A program made the translations under genes and the position numbers. Shown piece by piece: positions 13,113 through 24,142 of a DNA stretch of 64,000 bases. Position 1 is the first letter of the stretch. Each line of letters starts with the position of its first letter. A model generated the notes under the pieces. That model ran no database searches. It was not told the DNA's origin and worked only from the letters and a program-made list of their open reading frames with translations. This stretch comes from Felis catus (lineage: Eukaryota), in the NCBI RefSeq assembly GCF_018350175.1, contig NC_058377.1, positions 103,788,001 through 103,852,000 on the forward strand, written 5' to 3'.

Positions 13113-13601
13113 ATTGATTGTTATTAGGTGTGCAGTAGCTTATAAAATTATAACATGCTGTTCAAATCGATCCCTATTATGTTGTCACTGAAAGGCCTAT
13201 GAGTGTTGGTTTATTCCAATGGCTCTTAAGGAAACAAAGTGCAATGAGAATAAAATCAGAGATGCTCCGGTTCATGGAGCACCTTCCATGAAGCCTTCCT
13301 CAGTTCTCTTCCTCAGCAACCTCTAGGGGTGGATTTTAACAGATGTCAAAGGCCCCAACGAGTACAGTAGAGAAACGAATGATCCAGCCCACACCACATT
13401 TTAGACTAATGAGGGAGCTGAAGCAAGGAGAAGTGAGTGACTTCCCCAGGTGACACAACAAGTTCATGAAGAATAAGATAATATGATTAAAAACAAGAGC
13501 GTGAGCAATCTTGAAAAAGAAAACCAAAGCAGGAGTCCTCACAATCCCACACTTCAAGCTGTATTACAAAGTTTCCACAAATGAGATAAACCTTTGCTTG
13601 A

Positions 13602-13975
13602 TTTTTTTTTATGTTGATTTATTTTTAAGAGACAGAGATAGAGCGTGAGGGGGGTGGGGCAGAGAGGGAGGGAGACCCAGAATCTGAAACCGGATCCAGG
13701 CTCTGAGCTGTCAACACAGAGCCCAACGCGGTGCTCGAACCCAGGAACTGTGAGATCCTGACCTGAGCCGATGTCGCATGCTTAACTGACTGAGCCATCC
13801 AGGCGCCCTCTTTCCTTTTTTTTTTTTTTTTTTTTTTAATGTTTATTTACTTTTGAGAGAGAGAGAGAGCACAAGAGGGGAAGGGGCAGAGAGAAAGGGA
13901 GACAGAATCCTATGCTTAACCAACTGAAACATCCAGATGCCCCTTTTTTCTTTTTGTTTTAAATGTTTATTTATT

Positions 13976-14016
<41 letters not shown>

Positions 14017-14089
14017 AAGAGGGGGAGGGGCAGAGAGAGAGGGAGACACAGAATCCAATGCTTAACCAACTAAGCCACCCAGGCGCCCC
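13602..14089 (-). mobile_element. Three antisense Can-SINEs, two internally deleted
   Basis: Heads end near 13808, 13943 and 14089; outer TSD ctttgcttgattt. Confidence 0.85.
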
Positions 14090-14164
14090 AAACTTTGCTT
14101 GATTTCAATGCCTCAGTAATATTATTCTCTCTTTCAAAGCTGTACAGGGAGGAAGAAATATCCA

Positions 14165-15100
14165 ATGGCCCTGAGAAATTATACCAAGGTGTCTGAATTT
14201 ATTTTTTGTGGACTTACCCAGTCTCAAGAGCTGAGCTTGCTCTTATTTTTCTTTTTATCTGTAGTTTATGTAACAACTGTGTTAGCAAATGTTGCCATCA
14301 TGGTCACTGTGACCTACGAGTCCCGCCTTCACACGCCCATGTACTTCCTGCTCCGCAATCTCTCCGTCTTGGACATCTGCTTCTCCTCCATCACCGCTCC
14401 CAAGGTCCTCGTAGACCTCCTGTCAAGGACGAAGACCATCTCCTTCAATGGTTGCATCACTCAGATCTTCTTCTTCCACCTCCTCGGGGGGGCAGACATT
14501 TTTTCTCTCTCTGTCATGGCCTTCGACCGCTACATGGCCATCTCCAAGCCCCTGCACTACGTGACCATCATGAGCAGGGGGCGATGCACTGCCCTCATCG
14601 TGGCCTCCTGGGTGGGGGGCTTTGTCCACTCCATCGTGCAGATTTCCCTGTTGCTGCCCCTCCCTTTCTGTGGACCCAATGTTGTTGATGGCTTCTACTG
14701 TGACGTCCCCCAGGTCCTCAAACTCGCCTGCACCAACACCTTTGCTCTTGAGGTCTTAATGATTTCCAACAATGGTCTAGTCACTACTTTGTGGTTTGTT
14801 CTTCTCCTTGTGTCCTACACAGTCATCTTGATGATGCTGAGATCTCACGCTGGGGAGGGAAGGAGGAAAGCCATCTCCACCTGCACCGCCCACATCACTG
14901 TGGTGACCCTGCACTTTGTGCCCTGCATCTATGTCTACGCCCGGCCCTTCACCGCCCTTCCCATGGACAGAGCTGTCTCCATCACCTTCACGGTCATCAT
15001 CCCGGTCCTGAACCCCATGATCTACACCCTCAGGAACCAGGAGATGAAGTCAGCCATGAAGAGATTGAAGGGAAGACTTATGTTTTCTGAAAGGGGATAA
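14165..15100 (+). CDS. OR4D-subfamily olfactory receptor, 311 aa, intact
   Basis: Complete ORF with [39 protein letters not shown]1 has AN instead of GN. Exact ortholog not recognised. Confidence 0.93.
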   Translation: MALRNYTKVSEFIFCGLTQSQELSLLLFFFLSVVYVTTVLANVAIMVTVTYESRLHTPMYFLLRNLSVLDICFSSITAPKVLVDLLSRTKTISFNGCITQIFFFHLLGGADIFSLSVMAFDRYMAISKPLHYVTIMSRGRCTALIVASWVGGFVHSIVQISLLLPLPFCGPNVVDGFYCDVPQVLKLACTNTFALEVLMISNNGLVTTLWFVLLLVSYTVILMMLRSHAGEGRRKAISTCTAHITVVTLHFVPCIYVYARPFTALPMDRAVSITFTVIIPVLNPMIYTLRNQEMKSAMKRLKGRLMFSERG

Positions 15101-15982
15101 CCTCATTATAGATTGTTGATCAAGATACCAGCATATAATTGAAATATATTCTTAAAATATTAGATGTTACATATTGGGGCTCAGCAATGCGTAGACAATT
15201 AACTATAGCAAGATGGCACAGACACAAAGGATCAGTGACTTGAAACACTGGTGTTGAGAAGGAACACCAAGTTAAACAGGAAGAACATAGTCCTTGAAGA
15301 GCAACTGACAGCAAGGAAGGTACAAATGTGAAATATAATAGAAGGTCTTGGGTGTCCCGGCAACAGGATGAAGGATAGCACTGTGATGTCCAGACGTGCA
15401 GTAGGCAAGAGACACCTACCTCAACATAGCCAAGCTCTAGTAACTAGGTCCCAGTGCAGCCATGGTTACCTTAAAACTATTTCGTAAGCATATACTGTGT
15501 ACCAAGCACTACTTGTAAACATTTTTCTCTACCTCTGCTTTGTCAATAACGTTTATACCACAGCCTCAGGCATAAGTCAATTTGATGGTTGAAAAAAGAA
15601 AAAGCTATATCCAACCCAATAAACACTTTTATTTTTCCTATGTGCTCTCATTTATCATTTCCCTTACCATAGTGTGTTAAAATACCCCCACAAAACTTCA
15701 TATTAGTAGAGCTAGTTCTCCTTTATATTCCCAGTGTCAGAATAGTGCCTGACCTGTAAAAAGCTGTAAGTGTTGGTTGAATCTGTGGAATGGAATGGAA
15801 TGAATGTAAGATGCCAATTTCCACTTAATCTTGGTTTTTAACATTGAAAACTGACTTTATTTTCTGAACATATACTTCTTCATAGAAGCCAAAGGAAATT
15901 GAAATGGCTAAATCAGAGTGTACGGTGATCTAATACTCAAGGTCTTAGCATCTAGGTATGTCTTCATGAAATCACCAAATCA

Positions 15983-16210
15983 GGGGCGCCTGGGTGGCTC
16001 AGTCGGTTAAGCGGCCGACTTTGGCTCAGGTCATGATCTCGCCGGTCCGTGAGTTCGAGCCCCGCATCGGGCTCTGTGCTGACAGCTCGGAGCCTGGAGC
16101 CTGTTTCAGATTCTGTGTCTCCCTCTCTCTGACCCTCCCCTGTTCATGCTCTGTCTCTCCCTGTCTCAAAAATAAATAAAACGTTAAAAAAAATAAAAAT
16201 AATAATAATA
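15983..16210 (+). mobile_element. Can-SINE (young)
   Basis: CpG-rich consensus match, TSD aaatcaccaaatca. Confidence 0.93.
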
Positions 16211-16289
16211 AAATCACCAAATCAAGTGTTAGGTCCCAAAATGTCTATTGAAAACCGTGTACACAATTGAATAGAAACACCTCAGGGCA

Positions 16290-16477
16290 GGGGTGCCTGG
16301 GTGGCTCAGTCAGTTAAGTGACCGACTTAGGCTCAGGGCATGATGTCAAAGTTTGTGGGTTCGAGCCCCACATCAAGCTCTGTGCTGATGCTGCAGAGTT
16401 TGCTTGGTTTTCTCTCCCTCTCTCTCTCTGCCTCTTTCTCTCTCAAAATAAATAAATAAAATTTAAACAAACAAAAA
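16290..16477 (+). mobile_element. Can-SINE
   Basis: TSD agaaacacct.agggca. Confidence 0.9.
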
Positions 16478-17040
16478 AGAAACACCTAAGGGCAAATGAA
16501 TGTTTTGCAACACTCAAGGCAAATGAAAGTACAAATTCACTGATTTAGAGTTCCAATAAGCCTGTGCTCTGAGGATATCCAGACAACCCCTCGGGATGCC
16601 TGGTAACTGTATACAGAAGGATGGGATGTATTTCCTCTTCTCTCTTCTCTCCTCCTCTGTAGCATGGGACCTAGTAAAACTGACTAAGAAGTTTCATTGA
16701 AATGTAACTACAGGCTAATAATAAGAAGAAGAAGAATAGTAATAGTAATAATATAGGACCACATTCCCTTATTTTAATTTATTAGGATGAAATAGGTTTT
16801 AGACTTTAGCATTTCTTAGATTTTAGAAAGATAATACAGTGCATGTATTGTATGTTACATCATTTCCTCCTTGGGGAGACCTGATACCCAAACACTTTAA
16901 TATTTCTGTGATAAGATGTATAAATAGTTTCACTGAGTGTAATCAATAAAAAACTATGCATGGCCTCACACTAATTCAGATCAAATTTTGCCACAAAATT
17001 AGTTCAGGTCAAATGAGATTTTACTACCAAATGATTTTCT

Positions 17041-17321
17041 TTTCTTTTTTTTTTTTTTTTTTTTTTTTTTGGAACCAAGGTCGGGAGCCTTGCTTCTCCT
17101 TTATTTATTTTTTTTTTCAACGTTTATTTATTTTTTGGGACAGAGAGAGACAGAGCATGAACGGGGGAGGGGCAGAGAGAGAGGGAGACATAGAATCAGA
17201 AACAGGCTCCAGGCTCCGAGCCATCAGCCCAGAGCCTGATGCGAGGCTCGAACTCACGCACCGCGAGATCGTGACCTGGCTGAAGTCGGACGCTTAACCG
17301 ACTGCGCCACCCAGGCGCCCC
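17041..17321 (-). mobile_element. Young SINEC_Fc with 3'-transduced tag and second poly(A)
   Basis: TSD ccaaatgattttct at 17027-17040 and 17322-17335. Confidence 0.92.
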
Positions 17322-17403
17322 CCAAATGATTTTCTAAAAACCTTCCAGCATTCAGAGTTCAGAGATTTCAGAATGAAATACAGAAACTGAACAAGAGGGG
17401 ATC

Positions 17404-17952
17404 GTAATAAGCAGAATAATGCCCCCACTCAAGGTGTGCAAGTCCCAAACCCCAGGATCTGTGAGTGTGCTACTTCTATGGCAAAGCAGACTAAGAGTGC
17501 AGATGGCATTAAGGTTGCTACTGAGCTGACCTTTAAATCAAGATTATCCTGTGCTCGCTTCGGCAGCACATATACTAAACCAAGATTATCCTGATTATCT
17601 GGGAGGGCCCAATGTAATCACAAGGGTTCTTAACAGTGGAAGACGTAGACAGAAGAGAAGGTCAGAGTAATGTAATGTGAGGAGTATTTGACTTAACATG
17701 GCTAGCTTTAATGGTAGAAAGATCCACAAGCCAAAGAATGTAGCTAGGCTCTAGAGGCTAGAAAAAGCAAGAGAATGGAATCTGCCTTAGAACCTCCAGA
17801 AAGGAATGCAGTCTGCCAACACCTCGATTTTAGACCAGTTGATACTCATGTCAGATTTCTGACCTACAGAATTGTAAGACAATAAATGCATGTTGTTTTA
17901 AGCCACAAAATGTGTGGTGATTTTGTTATAGCAGCAAAAGGAAACCAATACA
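17404..17952 (+). mobile_element. MaLR LTR (MLT1C/D-like)
   Basis: Hallmarks gcagaataatgcccc, gattatctgggagggcccaatgtaatcacaaggg, aataaatg..tgttgttttaagccac and terminal aataca. Confidence 0.8.
17551..17579 (+). pseudogene. 3'-truncated tailless U6 snRNA retrocopy
   Basis: gtgctcgcttcggcagcacatatactaaa is the U6 5' end. Flanked by a 16-bp TSD, aaatcaagattatcct (17535-17550) and aaaccaagattatcct (17577-17592). Confidence 0.92.
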
Positions 17953-18134
17953 AGGATAATACTTCTGTTGGAGACGAAGAGGCTGTAGGAGCTAAAGAAA
18001 GATGAATTTCAAGGAAAAGGGGTCAGGGGTGGGAGGGGGACCAACCAAGGGAGGCTGGTCATGTGCTTCTCCAAGGAGTCCAGGAATGAGCACCACACCC
18101 ATGCACAAATCTCAAGTACAAGTGCACTGGGCTT

Positions 18135-18270
18135 GGGGCACCTGGGTGGCTCAGTTGGTTAACAGTCCAACTTTGGTTCAGGTCATGATCTCATGGTTCG
18201 TGGGTTCGAGCCCTGTGTCGGGCTCTGTGCTGACAGCTCAAAGCCTGTAGCCTGCTTCTCATTCTGTGTC
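18135..18270 (+). mobile_element. Can-SINE running into a gap
   Basis: Consensus head and body. Confidence 0.88.
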
Positions 18271-18408
18271 NNNNNNNNNNNNNNNNNNNNNNNNNNNNNN
18301 NNNNNNNNNNNNNNNNNNNNNNNNNNNNNNNNNNNNNNNNNNNNNNNNNNNNNNNNNNNNNNNNNNNNNNNNNNNNNNNNNNNNNNNNNNNNNNNNNNNN
18401 NNNNNNNN
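18271..18408. other. Assembly gap
   Basis: Run of N. Confidence 1.
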
Positions 18409-19516
18409 CCAATCCCAAGCTGTCACCACTTTATGGACTCTGTATAAGATGGAATAAAACATTTGAATCTGAAGTCAAGACCTCACTTGACACCCTCTGA
18501 ATTTCCCCATGTAATTGATTAACAGTGAGACCATTTGACACCCAGCAAACTGCTTCTACACTTTATGAAAAGAGACACAGAGATGAAGTTCCAAGTATTT
18601 TGTATTTGAATTGAAAAGGTCATCCACTATAAAAATGCCACTTTAACAACAACTATGTGGTAAAAATGAAGCACTACCATATTACATGTACTCATCGATG
18701 GTAAGACACATCTTAATTTCAGGGACATTAAACCGTGAAAGACCATTTGCATTAACATGGGTGGAGCTACAGAGTATTATGCAAAGTGAAATAAGTCAGT
18801 CAGAGAAAGACAAATACCAAGTGATTTCACTCATATATGGTATTTAAGAAACAAAACAAATGAGTACAGACTGTTTTAAGTGCCATATAGTGTGATGAGC
18901 ACAATCTTTGAATGAAGTAACATGATCTTATTTATATATACAAGTGGTGGTCTTAGAAACATCTTTTTTTCACTAATGCCACTACAGAGTATTTTAAATT
19001 CTGCCCATGAGTTGAGAACATTTGTTCCTTGAAAAAACACTATCCACAATGTAATTCTGTCATTCTTCAAAGCATCTTTTATATCTGTGACGTTACATAG
19101 TGTGTCCCTTTCACTATAGTGTGTATAGTACATTCTTTAAATGAAATAACACAGTAGTTCTGGCACTTAGAGAAATATCTATTATATATGTTCCTTTACG
19201 GAGTGTATGAAGTGTAGCACAATATCTTGAACACATTCTTTCATTGAAATCGTACCTAGATGCAATAGAATTCTATTATTGATTTTTTAAATGTGCAATA
19301 AAGAAATATTAAAAAGAAAGGTTCACCTTAGAACTTAAGAAATTCAATATTTAAAGATGTAAGTAAGCAGTTCCTGATGTGTGTGCCCATGCGTGGGCAC
19401 ACACACACACACTTTTCCAAAGAGAGACAGATGAAAAGCAAACATACTTCATTTGGTCAATCCTATGTTTTAGGAATACATAACACTGCCATCAACTCAC
19501 TAGTACAAAATAGATT

Positions 19517-19738
19517 TCTTTTTAATTTTTTTAACATGTATTTATTTTCAAGAGACAGGGAGAGACAGAGCACGAGCGGGAGAAGGTCAGAGAGAGAGGG
19601 AGACACAGAATGGGAACCAGGCTGCAGGCTCTGAGCTGTCAGCACAGAGCCAGACATGGGGCTTGAACCCACAAACTGTGAGATCATGACCTGAGCCAAA
19701 GTCATACGCTCAACCAACTGAGCCACCCAGGCACCCCC
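19517..19738 (-). mobile_element. Can-SINE
   Basis: TSD aaaatagattt. Confidence 0.9.
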
Positions 19739-20188
19739 AAAATAGATTTTTTTAATGACTAAATTCTGATCAGCTATAACACACATTACATTATTTATAT
19801 ACAGTTCATCAATTTTCTGGTATAAAAAGAAAATTCGAAACTGCTATTTTCCTTATTTTAGGGGACCAAAGATACTACTGTTACAATTCCTCATTTTGGA
19901 AACCATAAAGATATTTATCTTATAGGAGCCCCCCTTTTTCTCCCCAAATACCCAGACACATCTGAGAGTTACAATTCTCTGGTTGAGTATAGAAACAAAT
20001 GCTATCTATGAACTAGCGTCCTATTAAGGGAAAGAAGTAAAGACTTAGTGCACTGAAATGTAGTTTTAAATTTTTATAAGATGAAAGACAGAATATAATT
20101 TCCATGGGAAATATAGGTTGCCAAAATTGACTGAATGGGGGGAAATCTTAATAGATCAATAATTATAGATGAATTGAAAAGGTTGTCA

Positions 20189-20306
20189 GGGCATCTGGGT
20201 GGCTCAGTCAGATGAGCATCCGACTTTGGCTCAGGTCATGATCATGTGGTTCATGAGTTCAAGCCTCACATCAGGTTCACTGCTGTCAGCACAGAGCCTG
20301 CTTTGG

Positions 20307-20350
<44 letters not shown>

Positions 20351-20400
20351 CCTCCCTCACTTATGCTTTCTCTCTCTCTCAAAAATAAACATTAAAAAAA
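20189..20400 (+). mobile_element. Can-SINE
   Basis: Consensus match with (CT)n. Confidence 0.88.
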
Positions 20401-20464
20401 TTAAATGTTGTTAAAGATAGACCTTTTGAAAAGTCTCCATGCCCAAATTGTTTTGAGAGTGATT

Positions 20465-20684
20465 TTTTAAAAAATTTTAAAAAGCTTATTTATTTTGAGA
20501 GAGCACAAGCAGGAGAAGGGCAGAGAGACAGGAAGAGAGAGAGAATCCCAAGCAGGTTCCAAGCTATCAGTATGGAGCCCGGTGTAGGGCTCCACAACCA
20601 TGAGATCCCCACAAACCATGAGATCATGACCTGAGTGGAAACCAAGAGTCAGACACTTAACTGACTGAGCTGCCCAGGAACCCT
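20465..20684 (-). mobile_element. Can-SINE
   Basis: TSD gagtgatttt. Confidence 0.85.
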
Positions 20685-21166
20685 GTGAGTGATTTTCAAT
20701 AAGTATTCAAAAAGCTAGTAATTCCAATTTCTTAATGAATTATAGAAATAATTATATAAATGTAATAATATATTATAAAAATAATAATTACAGTAATAAT
20801 CTTAACTCACTCTGTAAGGACAGCACAACCCTATCTATAAACTAGATAATAACACCTGATAAATCTAATATTATCATGTATCTATGTGTACACACCAATC
20901 ACATCTTGGAACAAAAATTTTAAGTTCTTATAACACATTAGCAAATTACATACCAATGAATTAAAACAATGGCAAATTATCATCAAGTAAGGTTTATTCC
21001 AAAAATTCAAAGACAACTATTAACACAATTCACAGTAATAACAGAATAAAAAAGACACAATGTGATTACCTCAGTGAGGCAGAAAATATTCCATATGATT
21101 CAACCCACATCCTTGGAGAACAAAACACCTGTGAAGTCAGGAACTGAACCAAAAACGTATGATCTT

Positions 21167-21287
21167 GGGGCGCCTGTATTGCTCAGCCAGTTGAGCATCT
21201 GACTCTTGATTTCAGCTCAGATCATGATCCCAGGATCATGGGATGGTACCCCATGACAGGCTCTGCTCTGAGCATGGAGTCTGCTGT

Positions 21288-21334
<47 letters not shown>

Positions 21335-21388
21335 CCTCCCCTCATTCATGCACTCTCTCTCTTTTTCTCTAAAAAATGAAAAAAAAAG
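21167..21388 (+). mobile_element. Can-SINE
   Basis: Consensus match with (CT)n. Confidence 0.87.
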
Positions 21389-22264
21389 TGAATTATCTTG
21401 ATAAAAAATATCTATTAGAACCATAGAGCAAACATTACACCTAATGATTAAACATTAAAATAATTTCCATTACCATACATAACTAGACAATGATACCCAC
21501 TCTCACCACAAATATTAGATATTAAACTTGAATTCACTTACTATTTAAAAACAAGAAAAATTAGAAAGTATATAAACTTTGGAAAGCTGGAGAGGAAAAA
21601 AATCATTATTCTCAGATATTGAGATGCTATACACTAAATAATACATAGAAAGTCACTGAAAGATCATTGAAAATAACAAAAGATCTAAACTAGGTTCCTA
21701 TATTTAAGATCAAATTACATACATCATTGGTTTCCTATGTACATTATATCCATGGAAAAAATGTAATAGAGCTATTTTGTGCAACATGAAAGACCATATA
21801 TCCTGAAGTAAAGTCCTGATTTAAACATGCATACACACATTAGAAATGCTTCTTGCAACGCTAATATCATCCTCAATGGGGAAAAACTGAGAGCTTTCCT
21901 CCGAGGTCAGGAACAAGACTGGGATGCCCACTTTTGCCACCGTTATTCGACATAGTATTGAAAGTCTTAGCTTCAGCAATCAAACAACAAAAAGAAATAA
22001 AAGGCATACAAATTGGCAAATAAATCAAACTTTCACTCTTCACAGATGAGATGATACTCTACATGGACAACCCAAAAGACTCCACCAGAAAACTGCTAGA
22101 ACTGATATGGGAATTCAGCTAAGTTGCAGGATATAAAAATCAATGTACAGAAATTAGTTGCATTTCTGTATACCAATAATGAAGCAGCAGAAACTTGTGT
22201 GTAAATTAAAAAATAAACTAAAAATTTTAAAAAATAATAATAATTTAAAAATAAATAAAAATAA

Positions 22265-22740
22265 AAAAGTTTTTAATATTAAATTGTTGTCAAATTGGTT
22301 TCCATACAACACTCAGTGCTCTTCCCAACAGGTGCCCTCCTCAATACCCATCACCTACCCTTCATTCCCTCCCACCCCCCATCAACCCTCAGTTTATCCT
22401 CAGTTTTTTCAACTTTTTTTTTTTTTTTTTTTTTGGGACAGAGAGAGACAGAGCATGAACGAGGGAGGGGCAGAGAGAGAGGGAGACACAGAATCGGAAA
22501 CAGGCTCCAGGCTCCGAGCCATCAGCCCAGAGCCTGACGCGGGGCTCGAACTCACGGACCTCGAGATCGTGACCTGGCTGAAGTCGGACGCTTAACCGAC
22601 TGCGCCACCCAGGCGCCCCTATCGTCAGTTTTTAAGAGTCTCTTATGGTTTGGCTCTCTCCCTCTCTAACTTTTTTTTTTCCTTCCCCTCCCCCATGGTC
22701 TTCTGTTAAGTTTCTCTGAATCCACATGAGAGTGAAAACA

Positions 22741-22742
<2 letters not shown>
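22265..22742 (-). mobile_element. 5'-truncated L1_Fc-like 3' end, antisense, interrupted by a SINE
   Basis: Reverse complement of the 3' UTR seen at 130-400. Confidence 0.85.
22405..22619 (-). mobile_element. Young SINEC_Fc inside an L1 3' UTR
   Basis: CpG-rich, TSD tatc.tcagttttt. Confidence 0.92.
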
Positions 22743-22771
<29 letters not shown>

Positions 22772-23006
22772 ACGTAAAATGTTTAAAAATAATTTAAAAA
22801 TAAAATAACTCTTAAAAAAAGACATTCATAATCAAAAATAAAATAAAATAAAATTTGGCGCTAAAAAGGAAAGAAAATTTCCTTAATTCAATAAAGAATA
22901 TCGGTCAAAAATAAAAAAAAAAAGTATTTGCAAATCATATAGGGTTAATATCTAAAATATATAAGTAATTCATACAACTCAAAACCCCCCCCCAAAAAAA
23001 AAAACA

Positions 23007-23007
<1 letters not shown>

Positions 23008-23048
<41 letters not shown>
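23008..23048. repeat. (CA)n microsatellite
   Basis: Read directly. Confidence 0.97.
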
Positions 23049-23050
<2 letters not shown>

Positions 23051-23071
23051 TGATTTAAAAGTGGCAGAGGA

Positions 23072-23381
23072 GGGGCACCTGAGTGGCTCAGTCAGCTAAG
23101 CGCCGCTCTTGGATCTTCTCAGGTCATGATCTCACAGTCCATGAATTTGAGCCCCATATCGTCTCCATGCTGACAGCATGGAGGCATGGAGTCTGCTTGG
23201 GATTCTCTCTCCCTCTTTTTCTGCCCCTCCCCTGCTTGCTCACTCTCTCTCAAAATAAATAAATAAACTTTAAAAAAAAAATGGCAGGGTGCCTGGGTGG
23301 CTCAGTCAGTTAAGCATCTGACTTCTGCTCAGTTCATGATCTCATGGTGTATGAGTTTGAGCCCCACATTGGGTGAGCCCT

Positions 23382-23419
<38 letters not shown>

Positions 23420-23433
23420 CTTGCTCACTCTCA

Positions 23434-23471
<38 letters not shown>

Positions 23472-23515
23472 CCTTGCTCACTCGAGCCCTCTCTCTGTCT
23501 CAAGAAAAAAAGAAG
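23072..23515 (+). mobile_element. Two tandem Can-SINEs (heads near 23072 and 23287)
   Basis: Two heads and two tails. Confidence 0.87.
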
Positions 23516-23951
23516 ATGGCAAAGGAATGGAAGATATTTCTTCAAACAGGACACACAGACGGCCAACAAGTCCATGAAACATGTTCAACATTACTAAGCA
23601 CCAGAAAAGTGCAAATCAAAACCACAATGAGGTATCAGTTAACACCTGTTTGGATCCTTATCATCAAAAAGGCAAGAGGTAAGTGTTGGCAAGGACGTGG
23701 AGAAAATGAAACCTTTGTTTCCACTGTTAGCAGAAATATAAATTGGATCAGCCTCTGTGGAAACCAGTATAGACATTCCTCAAAAAATTAAAAATAGAAC
23801 TACCATATGATCCAGCAATCACATCTCTGGGCACATATCCAAAGGAAATAAAATTAAGATCTCAAATACGTACGAGCACACCCATGTTTATTGCAGCATT
23901 GTTTACAATATCCAATACAGGGAAACACTCTAAGTGTCCATAAATGGATAA

Positions 23952-24142
23952 NNNNNNNNNNNNNNNNNNNNNNNNNNNNNNNNNNNNNNNNNNNNNNNNN
24001 NNNNNNNNNNNNNNNNNNNNNNNNNNNNNNNNNNNNNNNNNNNNNNNNNNNNNNNNNNNNNNNNNNNNNNNNNNNNNNNNNNNNNNNNNNNNNNNNNNNN
24101 NNNNNNNNNNNNNNNNNNNNNNNNNNNNNNNNNNNNNNNNNN
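23952..24142. other. Assembly gap
   Basis: Run of N. Confidence 1.

Larger units (their letters stand above)
20030..22195 (+). mobile_element. Degenerate LINE-1 ORF2 fragments interrupted by SINEs
   Basis: RT-region sequence, best preserved at 21860-22195 (atcatcctcaatggggaaaaactgagagc...ggatataaaaatcaatgtacagaaa). Confidence 0.7.

Noticed and set aside
14206-14688. 160-aa alternative-frame ORF, with similar ones at 36852-37283, 61362-61598 and antisense 68-aa ORFs
   Set aside because: Shadows of the C-rich OR codons; they recur only because the underlying tract is homogenised.
17551-17579. Functional U6 gene
   Set aside because: Only about 29 nt, no U6 promoter or terminator, flanked by a TSD.
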